A stretch of DNA of 64,000 bases, from positions 18,623-82,622 of the forward strand of contig JAZKXO010000026.1 in NCBI GenBank assembly GCA_045611685.1, given 5' to 3'. Shown here in pieces: positions 19,919-29,075 of the stretch. Position numbers and translations under genes: made by a program. The notes beneath the pieces were generated by a model. That model ran no database searches, was not told where the DNA came from, and saw nothing but the letters and a program-made list of their open reading frames with translations. How positions within the stretch are numbered: position 1 is the stretch's first letter; the number at the start of each line of letters is the position of its first letter. Source of the stretch: Eubacteriales bacterium (GTDB lineage Bacteria; Bacillota; Clostridia; Oscillospirales; CAG-272).

Positions 19919-21646
19919 ATGAAAAAACTACTGATCGGCAACGAAGCGCTGGCGCGCGGATTCTACGAGGGCGGCATCGGCGTCGTATCCTCTTACCCCG
20001 GCACGCCGTCCACCGAAATCACGGAATTCCTCTCCCAGTACAGAGATATTTACAGCGAATGGGCACCGAACGAGAAGGTCGCGGCAGAGGTCGCCTTCGG
20101 CGCATCTCTCGGCGGCAAGCGATCCGTCTGCTGTATGAAGCACGTTGGTCTGAACGTCGCGGCTGACCCCGTATTCACGATGTCCTACACGGGCGTGAAC
20201 GCGGGCATGGTCATCTGCGTGGCGGACGACCCCGCAATGCACTCCTCCCAGAACGAGCAGGATTCCCGCCACTACGCGATCGCCGCTAAGCTTCCGATGC
20301 TGGAGCCGTCCGACTCCGCCGAGGCGCATGCGTTCGCGAAGGCGTCGTTCGATCTCTCCGAACAGTTTGACACCCCCGTTCTCATGCGCATCTGCACCAG
20401 AATCGCCCACTCTCAGAGCATCGTAGAGATCGGCGAGCGCACGGAGACTCCCGACAAGGAATACGTAAAAACGCCCGAAAAATACATCATGATGCCCGCC
20501 TACGCGAAGGCGCGCCATCCGATCGTGGAGGATCGCCTTGCCGCTATGGCGGAATACGCCGAAAACTGCCCGTTTAACAAAATTGACGAGGGCGAAGACA
20601 GATCCCTCGGCATCATCACCGCCGGCACGTGCTACCAGTACGTAAAGGAAGTATTCGGCGATAAGGTGCCCGTTCTGAAGCTCGGTCTTCTCAATCCCCT
20701 GCCGCCGAAGATGATCGCGGATTTTGCAAAATCCGTCGGTCGCCTCGTCGTGATCGAGGAGCTGGACGGCGTGATCGAAACGTTCGTGAGGACGCTCGGC
20801 ATCGAGGTCGAGGGCAAGTCCCTCTTCTCCCCCATCGGTGAGTATTCGCAGAGCGTGATCGCGAAGGCGTTCGGTCTCCCCGAGGCGAATTTTGAGACGC
20901 CCGCCGAGGTGCCCGGCCGTCCGCCGATGATGTGCGCCGGCTGCCCGCACCGCGGTATGTTCTATACCCTCTCGAAAAACAAGATCACCGTCATCGGCGA
21001 TATCGGATGCTACACGCTCGGCGCGGTCGCTCCCTTGAGCGCGGTTGACTCCGTTCTCTGCATGGGTGCGTCCGTGTCGGGTCTCCACGGCTTCAACAAA
21101 GCCCGCGGTGAGAGCGCCGAGGGCAAGAGCGTTGCCGTCATCGGTGACTCCACCTTTATGCACTCCGGCATCACCGGTCTTGTGGATATCGCGTACAATC
21201 AGTCCAACTCGACCGTTATCATTCTCGACAACTCGATCACCGGTATGACGGGACACCAGCAGAACCCGACCACCGGTATGGATATCCACGGCGATCCCTC
21301 GGGCAAGATCGATCTTGAGGCTCTCTGCCGCGCGATCGGCATTAACCGCGTCGCCGTCGTCGATCCGTACGATCTCGCCGCGTGCGATAAGGTTCTCAAG
21401 GAAGAGCTTTCGGCAAAAGAGCCGTCCGTCATCATCTCCCGCCGTCCGTGTGTTCTTCTGAAATCGGTGAAGAAGAATCCGCCGCTTAAGATTGACACCG
21501 AGGCGTGCCGCGGCTGCCGCGCCTGCATGCAGATCGGCTGCCCTGCCATCAGCTTCAAGGATAAGAAAGCCGTCATCGACGAAACCCTTTGCGTGGGATG
21601 CGGCGTATGCCAGCAGAAGTGCGCGTTCGGCGCTATCACTGAGTGA
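19919..21646 (+). CDS. iorA: indolepyruvate ferredoxin oxidoreductase subunit alpha
   Basis: 575 aa with TPP-binding GDIGCYTLG...GDSTFMHSG and C-terminal 2x[4Fe-4S] motifs CRGCRACMQIGCPA and CVGCGVCQQKC. Confidence 0.92.
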   Translation: MKKLLIGNEALARGFYEGGIGVVSSYPGTPSTEITEFLSQYRDIYSEWAPNEKVAAEVAFGASLGGKRSVCCMKHVGLNVAADPVFTMSYTGVNAGMVICVADDPAMHSSQNEQDSRHYAIAAKLPMLEPSDSAEAHAFAKASFDLSEQFDTPVLMRICTRIAHSQSIVEIGERTETPDKEYVKTPEKYIMMPAYAKARHPIVEDRLAAMAEYAENCPFNKIDEGEDRSLGIITAGTCYQYVKEVFGDKVPVLKLGLLNPLPPKMIADFAKSVGRLVVIEELDGVIETFVRTLGIEVEGKSLFSPIGEYSQSVIAKAFGLPEANFETPAEVPGRPPMMCAGCPHRGMFYTLSKNKITVIGDIGCYTLGAVAPLSAVDSVLCMGASVSGLHGFNKARGESAEGKSVAVIGDSTFMHSGITGLVDIAYNQSNSTVIILDNSITGMTGHQQNPTTGMDIHGDPSGKIDLEALCRAIGINRVAVVDPYDLAACDKVLKEELSAKEPSVIISRRPCVLLKSVKKNPPLKIDTEACRGCRACMQIGCPAISFKDKKAVIDETLCVGCGVCQQKCAFGAITE

Positions 21647-21656
21647 GGTAAAACAT

Positions 21657-22229
21657 ATGAATACGAAAAGTGTAATGATCGTAGGCGTCGGCGGGCAGGG
21701 CTCTCTTCTTGCCAGCCGCCTTCTCGGCAATCTCCTCATGGGAGAGGGCTATGACGTAAAGGTATCCGAGGTGCACGGCATGAGCCAGCGCGGCGGATCC
21801 GTCGTAACGTACGTAAGATTCGGCGATAAAGTATATTCCCCCATCATTGACAAGGGTGAGGCAGACTTCATCGTTTCCTTTGAGAAGATCGAAGCCGCGC
21901 GGTACGCCGCTTGCCTCAGACAGGGCGGCACGATCGTCGTCAACACCCAACAGATCGATCCGATGCCGGTCATCACCGGCCGCGCCGAATACCCCGTGGG
22001 CGCTCTTGACGATCTTTCCGCGAAAGGTCTCCATGTGGACGCCCTCGACGCTTTGACCCTCGCCGAAAAAGCGGGATCTGCCAAGGCAGTAAACATCGTT
22101 CTTATGGGACGGCTTGCCAAATATTTCGGCATCCCCGAGGAGAAATGGCTCGCCGCCATTGAAAAGACGGTTGCACCGAAATTTGTTGAGCTGAACAAGG
22201 TCGCGTTCGATCTCGGTTATCACGCATAA
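21657..22229 (+). CDS. iorB: indolepyruvate oxidoreductase subunit beta
   Basis: MNTKSVMIVGVGGQGSLLASRLLG...VHGMSQRGGSV, immediately after iorA. The ORF-track start at 21492 overlaps the iorA 3' end. Confidence 0.9.
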   Translation: MNTKSVMIVGVGGQGSLLASRLLGNLLMGEGYDVKVSEVHGMSQRGGSVVTYVRFGDKVYSPIIDKGEADFIVSFEKIEAARYAACLRQGGTIVVNTQQIDPMPVITGRAEYPVGALDDLSAKGLHVDALDALTLAEKAGSAKAVNIVLMGRLAKYFGIPEEKWLAAIEKTVAPKFVELNKVAFDLGYHA

Positions 22230-22258
22230 ATCTACCTGACAGAGAGGTTTTAAAAACC

Positions 22259-23572
22259 ATGGCAGAACAGCGCTACTATCAAAAAGAAATTGAAACGATG
22301 CCCCCGGAACAGATGCGCGCCCTCCAGAGCGAGCGTCTCGTCGCGCAGGTAAAGCGCGTCTGGGAGAACGTCCCCTTCTACCGTCAGAGAATGGAAGAAA
22401 AGGGACTGACACCCGACGATATAAAGGGCATTGACGATCTTAAAAAGCTGCCTTTTATCACCAAAGATGATCTGAGAGAGCAGTACCCGTACGGGCTTCT
22501 CGGCACGGATCTCAAAAATTGTGTGCGCATCCACTCCACCTCCGGCACGACCGGCCGGCGCGTCGTGGCGTTCTATACGCAAAACGACGTCGATCTGTGG
22601 GAGGACTGCTGTGCCCGCGCAATTACCGCCGTGGGCGGCACCGCCGAGGACGTTTGCCAGGTCGCTTACGGCTACGGCCTTTTCACCGGCGGATTCGGAC
22701 TGAACGGCGGCTCGCACAAGATCGGCTGCCTCACGCTTCCGATGTCCTCCGGCAACACCGAGCGCCAGATCCAGTTCATGATGGATCTCGGTGCTACGAT
22801 CCTCTGCTGCACGCCGTCCTACGCCGCTTATATCGGCGAGGCGCTCCGCGAGATGGGCTACAAGCCCGAGGACAACAAGCTGAAGGCGGGCATCTTCGGC
22901 GCCGAGCCGTGGACGAACGAGATGCGGCGGGATATCGAAAAATCCCTCGGTATAAAGGCGTACGATATCTACGGTCTGACCGAGATCACGGGTCCGGGCG
23001 TGGCGTTCGAATGTGAAGCGCAGAGCGGCATGCATGTGAACGAGGACCACTTCATCCCCGAGATCATCGATCCCGACACGGGTGAGGTTCTGCCCGACGG
23101 TACGAAGGGCGAGCTCGTATTCACCTCCGTTACGAAGGAGGGCTTCCCGATGCTCCGCTACCGCACGCGCGACATCTGCGTGCTCTCCCGTGAAAAATGC
23201 TCCTGTGGACGGACGCTCGTGAAGATGGCAAAAACGATGGGCCGCTCCGACGATATGATGATCATCCGCGGCGTAAACGTGTTCCCGTCGCAGATCGAGG
23301 CGGTGCTTCTCAGCGAAGGCTACTCGCCGAACTATCAGATCGTGGTCGATCGCGTAAATAACACCGACACCATGGACGTAAATGTAGAAATGAACGCAGA
23401 AGCCTTCTCCGACACGGTAAAGGAGATCGAAAAGGCGGAAAAGAAGCTCATGAACGCGATGGTTACGATGCTCGGCATCCGTCCGACCGTGCATCTCGTA
23501 GCGCCGAAGTCGATCACCCGAAGCGAAGGCAAAGCGGTTCGCATCATAGACAAGAGAAAACTGCACGATTAA
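22259..23572 (+). CDS. paaK: phenylacetate--CoA ligase family protein
   Basis: 437 aa with HSTSGTTGRRVVAFYTQNDVDLW, YGLTEITGPGVAFEC and DDMMIIRGVNVFPSQIE, all typical PaaK motifs. Confidence 0.92.
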   Translation: MAEQRYYQKEIETMPPEQMRALQSERLVAQVKRVWENVPFYRQRMEEKGLTPDDIKGIDDLKKLPFITKDDLREQYPYGLLGTDLKNCVRIHSTSGTTGRRVVAFYTQNDVDLWEDCCARAITAVGGTAEDVCQVAYGYGLFTGGFGLNGGSHKIGCLTLPMSSGNTERQIQFMMDLGATILCCTPSYAAYIGEALREMGYKPEDNKLKAGIFGAEPWTNEMRRDIEKSLGIKAYDIYGLTEITGPGVAFECEAQSGMHVNEDHFIPEIIDPDTGEVLPDGTKGELVFTSVTKEGFPMLRYRTRDICVLSREKCSCGRTLVKMAKTMGRSDDMMIIRGVNVFPSQIEAVLLSEGYSPNYQIVVDRVNNTDTMDVNVEMNAEAFSDTVKEIEKAEKKLMNAMVTMLGIRPTVHLVAPKSITRSEGKAVRIIDKRKLHD

Positions 23573-23584
23573 GGAGGATTTACC

Positions 23585-24016
23585 ATGGCTATAAGACAAG
23601 TATCCGTATTTGTGGAAAACCGCAAAGGTGCTCTCGCCGATGCACTGCGCACCCTCTCCGATGCAGGTATCGGGCTCCGTGCGCTCTCGATCGCCGACAC
23701 CCGCGATTTCGGTATTCTGCGCATCATCACGGACGATAACCGCAAGGCGGCGATGGCACTCTCCGAGGCAGACTATATCTGCTCCGCGACGGAGGTCGTA
23801 GCGGCGGCGGCGGACGATAAACCCGGCGGACTTGCCGCACTTCTGACGATCCTCTCCGATGCGGGCATTGACGTGGAATACGTCTACGCCTTCGTGGCTG
23901 AAGCGAAAAAGCACGCCTGCGTCGTTCTCCGCGTGAACGATAACGAGGCTGCCGAGGCCGTTCTCAAAAAGGCAGGCATCTCCCTCATCACCGAGGAAGA
24001 TATTATGGGAATATAA
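23585..24016 (+). CDS. ACT domain-containing protein (tandem ACT)
   Basis: 143 aa with the pattern MAIRQVSVFVENRKGALADALRTLSDAGIGLRALSIADTRDFGILRII, and a second ACT-like half. This is the usual fourth gene of IOR/PaaK clusters. Confidence 0.8.
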   Translation: MAIRQVSVFVENRKGALADALRTLSDAGIGLRALSIADTRDFGILRIITDDNRKAAMALSEADYICSATEVVAAAADDKPGGLAALLTILSDAGIDVEYVYAFVAEAKKHACVVLRVNDNEAAEAVLKKAGISLITEEDIMGI

Positions 24017-24028
24017 AAGATTCAAAAA

Positions 24029-24061
24029 GCGGCTGTGCGCGTTTTGCGTACAGCCGTTTTT
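24029..24061. terminator. terminator hairpin, left copy of a 33-nt perfect direct repeat
   Basis: gcggctgtgcgcgttttgcgtacagccgttttt is identical to 24721-24753. Confidence 0.85.
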
Positions 24062-24063
24062 CT

Positions 24064-24408
24064 TTATTCCTCGGTTGGCGCGGGCACGACGATCGTTACC
24101 GGCTTGTTTTTCTTTTTTGCATAGTCAGCCGTGTATTTCGTTCCGCGAGAAACGCCGTCCCATATAACAAGAACAGAATCTGCGACATCTACCATAGTCT
24201 CATTTCGCTTCAATGGAGCACCTTTCCCAAACAAATCGTATCTTGGACGTAAAATCAGTTTGGAAATACGCCGCTCGTCGGCGAACCGTTCCGCCGCCGT
24301 GTCCACGCCACAAGCACCGCCGCTTATAATCATTTCCGTTTCAACCGGCACATACGCTGACAAATCCACTTTTTTTATACTTCGCGATCCAACTATTAAA
24401 AGTTTCAT
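24064..24408 (-). CDS. SLOG-fold small protein (DUF2493/YspA-like, DprA/LOG-type Rossmann fold), paralog 1
   Basis: 114 aa: MKLLIVGSRS...ISGGACGVDTAAERFA...VLVIWDGVSRGTKYTADYAKKKNKPV. RBS GGAGGA lies before the ATG at 24408. Confidence 0.7.
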   Translation of the reverse strand: MKLLIVGSRSIKKVDLSAYVPVETEMIISGGACGVDTAAERFADERRISKLILRPRYDLFGKGAPLKRNETMVDVADSVLVIWDGVSRGTKYTADYAKKKNKPVTIVVPAPTEE

Positions 24409-24514
24409 ACTTCCTCCGCATTTGGATATATATCTATATAAGTATATATGCAAACGAGGAAATTGTCAACCGTGTATATATTTATTAAAATATTTACACG
24501 AAGGAAGTGGTGGC

Positions 24515-24715
24515 ATGATTCGCTTGACGCTGGACAAATATTTAGACAGTCGCGGTATTACCCGATACGAACTGGCGAAACGGACAGGCATCCGTTTTCA
24601 GGTGCTCGACAACTATTACAAAAATAAAGTCGTCCGCTATGACAGCTACATTCTGGACAAAATCTGCACCGCGCTCTCTTGCGATATCGGGGAGATTTTG
24701 ACCTTCGAAAAATAA
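24515..24715 (+). CDS. XRE/Cro-type helix-turn-helix transcriptional regulator (66 aa)
   Basis: MIRLTLDKYLDSRGITRYELAKRTGIRFQVLDNYYKNKVVRYDSYILDKICTALSCDIGEILTFEK. RBS AAGGAAG upstream. It is divergent from SLOG paralog 1. Confidence 0.75.
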   Translation: MIRLTLDKYLDSRGITRYELAKRTGIRFQVLDNYYKNKVVRYDSYILDKICTALSCDIGEILTFEK

Positions 24716-24720
24716 AAACG

Positions 24721-24753
24721 GCGGCTGTGCGCGTTTTGCGTACAGCCGTTTTT
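24721..24753. terminator. terminator hairpin, right copy of the 33-nt direct repeat
   Basis: Identical to 24029-24061 and 692 bp away from it. Confidence 0.85.
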
Positions 24754-24818
24754 GTCCCTCTTGACGGAAGGGGGAAAAGGGAGTATACTTATAGTACCTT
24801 TTAGAAAAGAGATTCTCC

Positions 24819-25154
24819 ATGAAACTTTTGATTGCAGGCTCCCGCGGTATCGGTGATTATAATTTCGCCCCCTACATCCCCGACGGCACCGACACGATCA
24901 TCTCGGGCGGCGCTTTCGGCATCGACTCGGCGGCGGAACGGTTCGCGGATGCGCATGGACTTAAAAAGATCATCATTCGCCCGGAGTATCACCTGTACGG
25001 CAGTCGCGCGCCGCTTCTCCGCAACGAGACGATGGTGGATATGGCGGACGCGGTGCTCATCGTATGGGACGGCGTCTCCCGCGGAACGAAATACACGCTC
25101 GATTACGCGAAAAAACAAAACAAGCCGATCCTGCTTATCACGCTCAGCGAATAA
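24819..25154 (+). CDS. SLOG-fold small protein (DUF2493/YspA-like), paralog 2
   Basis: 111 aa: MKLLIAGSRG...ISGGAFGIDSAAERFA...VLIVWDGVSRGTKYTLDYAKKQNKPI. By eye it is roughly 55-60 percent identical to paralog 1. Confidence 0.7.
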   Translation: MKLLIAGSRGIGDYNFAPYIPDGTDTIISGGAFGIDSAAERFADAHGLKKIIIRPEYHLYGSRAPLLRNETMVDMADAVLIVWDGVSRGTKYTLDYAKKQNKPILLITLSE

Positions 25155-25164
25155 TGAAACAGAA

Positions 25165-25200
25165 AACGTCTGTGCGACGAACGCACAGACGTTATTTTTA
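25165..25200. terminator. bidirectional terminator between SLOG paralog 2 (+) and the permease (-)
   Basis: AACGTCTGTGCG-ACGAA-CGCACAGACGTT followed by ATTTTTA. It has the same CGTCTGTGCG core as the hairpins at 11346, 12353, 41701 and 42401. Confidence 0.8.
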
Positions 25201-26351
25201 TCGGATGAGTATCATAACCGCTGTGAGGATGATAAGGAACGCGAAATTGAAAAGGGAGAACGTGCGGATGTACGACACGCTCTTTTCGGGATTGTGCTTC
25301 GTGTACTCGCGGAACGTAATGAGGCTCGCGAGAGATGCGATCAGCGTGCCCGCGCCGCCGATGTTCACACCCCATAAGAGTTCTCGGTAATTATCCGTGA
25401 ACTGCGAGAGGAGAATCGCCGAGGGGACGTTGCTGATGCACTGGCAGGAGAGGACGCTGAACAGAAGCGTATCCTTTTCGAGAAGGAAGGAAAACGCCTC
25501 GCGCACCGCGTCGATCCGTGCCATATTGCCGGCGAAGATGAAGAAAAACACGAACGTGAGAAGAAGCGGATAATCGACCGCGGCGAGCGCTTTCTTATCG
25601 GTGAGGAAAAGCGCGGGCGGGATGACAAGAAGTCCGATCCAGTAGGGGATTCCCTTAAAGACGATCGCGATCGAAAGGGCGAAAAGGAAAAGATAAAACA
25701 CCGTTTTGCCGACGGGCAGCTTCGCGCGCTCACCCGTGAGCGTGAGGGGCTCGGCTTTCACGAACAAAAGGCACGTGGCGGTGATCAGAGCGACCGCCAA
25801 AGCGAACGGCAAAAGCATGATCCCCATAAACTCCACCGTTTGGATATTGAAATGGGAATAGAGATACAAGTTTTGCGGATTGCCGAACGGCGTGAGCATC
25901 CCGCCGAGATTCGCGGCGATGTTCTGCATGACGAAAACGAACGCCATGTACTTCTCCTGGCCGGTGGTGGTGAGGACGAAATACCCGAGCGGCAGAAACG
26001 TGAGAAGCGCCATATCGTTGGCGATCAGCATCGAACCTACAAACGTGATGTACACGAGCGCGAGGACGCTTACGCGCGCGTTCTTACAGCATCGGACGAC
26101 GCTTTCGGCTAAAATATAGAAAAAGCGGATATTTTTGAGGGCGCACACGACCGCGAGCACGGAAAAGAGGCACGTGAGCGTTTTGAAATCGAAATAGCCG
26201 AGATACGCTTCGTCCACCGGCACGATGAGCGTTGTTACGAGCGCCGCGGCAAGCGCGATCAGCATAACGGCGTTCGTTTTCACAAAACGCACGACGGATG
26301 CGGGCAGCACCGGCAAATGATGCACGGGCTTCAAAGAATGAGAAACGGCCA
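25198..26351 (-). CDS. anion permease, ArsB/NhaD (citrate-transporter-like) superfamily
   Basis: About 384 aa and polytopic (10 or more hydrophobic segments). A GTG start at 26351 sits 7 nt after AAAGGAGA; the ORF-track start at 26439 is less likely. The family call rests on general sequence character only. Confidence 0.6.
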
Positions 26352-26526
26352 CGGCGGTATCTCCTTTCGATACAAATACAAAAATCACAGTCGAACAAAG
26401 TATATCACAAATTCTCTTTGAAATCCATTGGCAAAGCAAATGAAATATCCAAAGGCAACAAAGTTGTCCGCTGTGATTTTTAACGAAAAAGGAGTTGCTG
26501 CATTATAATTGCAGCAACTCCAAGCT

Positions 26527-27261
26527 TCAAAGCACGTCCCCGAGCGCGGGAATCTTCTCGGCAAGATAGCGGGTGAGGGCTATAAAATCGCCTCTTTTAT
26601 ACACGCTCTCGTCGGCGCCCTCCCGATTGACGGGATAATCGTCGAGGAAGAACACGTCCATGCCCGCGAGGGCGGCGGACATATCGTCCCTTATATCGTT
26701 GCCGATCATGATGCACTCGTCGGGCGAGACACCGATCTTCCCTGCGATATCCGTATAATACGCGGGGTTCGGCTTGCAGAAGCCCGTGTTATGAAAGGTG
26801 GTATAGAGCGTGAAATCCTCCGGCTCAAGCCCTGCCCAGCGGATGCGGCATTCGGTCGCCGCGGGCGGGAAGACAGGATTCGTGGCGAGCACGACGGGCA
26901 CGCCCGCCCGGCGTAAATTCCTCACAAGGGCGACAGCGTCGGGGTTCTGCCCCTTGACGATGCACCGCACCTTATCGAACTCTTCCCTATAAAACCGATC
27001 GAAATGCGGCATATCGGGCTTCACGTCTCTGCCGAACTTCCGCTCGAACGCCTCCCAGAAGATCGGCTCGTTCATCCGCGTACCGTCGTTTTCGATCATG
27101 ACGTGAATGCCCTCCCAGATCGCGTCCATGAGCATTTTCGGCTCATAGCCGTACGGCTTCATGGCGGCGGTCAGGCGGCGGAAGTATTCCTTTACGAATT
27201 CGTCCTGCACCAGCGACAGAAGCGTTCCGTCCAGATCAAAAAGAACAGCTTTCGTTGACAT
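26527..27261 (-). CDS. HAD-superfamily hydrolase
   Basis: MSTKAVLFDLDGTLL (DxDGT motif I), ATNP (motif II) and GNDIRDD (motif IV). Confidence 0.85.
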   Translation of the reverse strand: MSTKAVLFDLDGTLLSLVQDEFVKEYFRRLTAAMKPYGYEPKMLMDAIWEGIHVMIENDGTRMNEPIFWEAFERKFGRDVKPDMPHFDRFYREEFDKVRCIVKGQNPDAVALVRNLRRAGVPVVLATNPVFPPAATECRIRWAGLEPEDFTLYTTFHNTGFCKPNPAYYTDIAGKIGVSPDECIMIGNDIRDDMSAALAGMDVFFLDDYPVNREGADESVYKRGDFIALTRYLAEKIPALGDVL

Positions 27262-27284
27262 GTAAAAAACCTCTTTCGGTAAAA

Positions 27285-28910
27285 TTACTCGGCGGTAAGC
27301 GCGCTTGCCACATCCATATCCGGCACGAAATTCTCCTCGCCCACGCGGTCGTAAAAGCCCGCTTTCTTCATAGCGGCGAGCGGCTGTGCCATAACACCCG
27401 TGAAGATCACGCGGATCTCCTCCTCCAGAGATGCAGAAAGGAACTCGTCGAGATTCTCCATCGCGGTCGCGTCCACGTACGGCACGCCGCTCATTTGAAG
27501 AATGATCGTTTTCGTATCTTTATCTTTGACAAAGGCGATGAATTTATCCGTATCCGCAAAGAAGAGCGGCCCTTTTAGATCAAAAACGAGCGTTCCCTCG
27601 GTCGAAGACACGCGGTGGATCTCGGTTACGTCGGACATCTTTTTCATAAACAGAACGGCGGTGAGAACGATTCCGACGGCGATCGCCACGACGAGATCAA
27701 AAATAACGGTGAGGCCGAACGTCAGAACAAGCACGAGAATATCGCTCGCGGACGCGTGGCGGCAGATGCGGACGAAATGACGCCACTCACTCATATTGTA
27801 AGCGACCATAAAGAGGATCGCGGCGATGATCGGCATGGGGATCATTTTGGCAAGCGGCATCAACACCACGAGGAAGAGCGCGAGGACGACGGCGTGTACC
27901 GTGCCCGAGACGGGCGAGCGGCCGCCGTTTTTCACGTTCGCGGCGGTGCGCGCGATCGCGCCGGTGGCGGGGATGCCGCCGAAGAGGCCCGAGGCGATAT
28001 TGCCGAGTCCCTGCGCGATCAGCTCCGTGTTGGAGTTGTGTCTGTCCTTAATCATGCCGTCGGAAACGACGCACGAGAGAAGCGACTCGATCGCGGCTAA
28101 AACGGCGATCGTAACGGCGTTCGGAAGGACGGCGACGACCGTATCCACGGAGAACGAGGGGATCTTGGGCGTGGGGAACGCGCGGGACAGATCGGGATAG
28201 AGCGATCCGATCGTGTTTACCTCAAGGGGGGTCAGGCGCACGAGCAGCGTACCCGCGATCACCGCGATGATGGACGCGGGGATCTTCTGGCAAATTTTCG
28301 AGAACGCGCCGAGCTTCATCCTTCCGAGCATCGGCCAAAGAATGAGAATCGCGAGGCCGAACGCACCGACGAGAAGCGCGTCGAAATTCAGCGTACCGAT
28401 CGACTTTGCAATCGCTTCGATCTTCTCCGTCGTTTCGATGGCGTGCGTGCCGGGGGCGAACGTAAGGCCCAAAAAGTCCTTGATCTGCCCTACGAGAATC
28501 GTTACGGCGATGCCGGCGGTAAAGCCGGTCGTGATCGTCATGGGGATGTACTTGATGAGCGAGCCGAGGCGAAGGACACCCATGAGAATGAGCATCACGC
28601 CCGCGAGGAGCGTGGCGATCACAAGCCCCGAGACGCCGTGCGTGGCGACGACGCCCGCGACGATCGTGGCAAACGCGGCGGTAGGGCCGGAGATGTTGAC
28701 ACGGCTGCCGCCGAAAAGCGCGATCACAAAGCCGGCGATGATAGCGGTGTAAAGTCCCTGCTCGGGCGACACGCCCGAGGCGATGGCGAGGGCGATCGAA
28801 AGCGGCAACGCGATGATCGCGACGATCACGCCCGCGACGAGATCGCTTACAAGATTCGCCTTCGTATAACTCCTCAGGCACTCGAAAAGTTTTGGCTGAA
28901 ACGTCTTCAT
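27285..28910 (-). CDS. SulP family inorganic anion transporter with C-terminal STAS domain
   Basis: About 541 aa with the SulP signature region GLGNIASGLFGGIPATGAIARTAANVKNGGRSPVSG and a C-terminal STAS-like domain (VFDLKGPLFFADTDKF...). The start is either ATG 28910 or TTG 28925. Confidence 0.88.
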   Translation of the reverse strand: MKTFQPKLFECLRSYTKANLVSDLVAGVIVAIIALPLSIALAIASGVSPEQGLYTAIIAGFVIALFGGSRVNISGPTAAFATIVAGVVATHGVSGLVIATLLAGVMLILMGVLRLGSLIKYIPMTITTGFTAGIAVTILVGQIKDFLGLTFAPGTHAIETTEKIEAIAKSIGTLNFDALLVGAFGLAILILWPMLGRMKLGAFSKICQKIPASIIAVIAGTLLVRLTPLEVNTIGSLYPDLSRAFPTPKIPSFSVDTVVAVLPNAVTIAVLAAIESLLSCVVSDGMIKDRHNSNTELIAQGLGNIASGLFGGIPATGAIARTAANVKNGGRSPVSGTVHAVVLALFLVVLMPLAKMIPMPIIAAILFMVAYNMSEWRHFVRICRHASASDILVLVLTFGLTVIFDLVVAIAVGIVLTAVLFMKKMSDVTEIHRVSSTEGTLVFDLKGPLFFADTDKFIAFVKDKDTKTIILQMSGVPYVDATAMENLDEFLSASLEEEIRVIFTGVMAQPLAAMKKAGFYDRVGEENFVPDMDVASALTAE

Positions 28911-28978
28911 AAAAACAGGCGCCAAGTAAAAGGGCGCCGCCTCCGATTCTTAAAATACAGATAGGAAAATACAGGTAT

Positions 28979-29007
28979 ATTATACAGCGGCAACGGCGCG
29001 ATTGCAA
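28979..29007 (-). promoter_or_regulatory. near-consensus promoter for the SulP transporter
   Basis: On the minus strand: TTGCAA (29007-29002), a 17-nt spacer, then TATAAT (28984-28979). A GGCGCC-N9-GGCGCC hairpin plus T-run lies between it and the start codon. Confidence 0.65.
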
Positions 29008-29075
29008 GAAATTTTCCAAAAAACGGCGAAATGCCCGTTTTCATCGAAGCCGCGGGGTGCAAATGATTCATTTTG

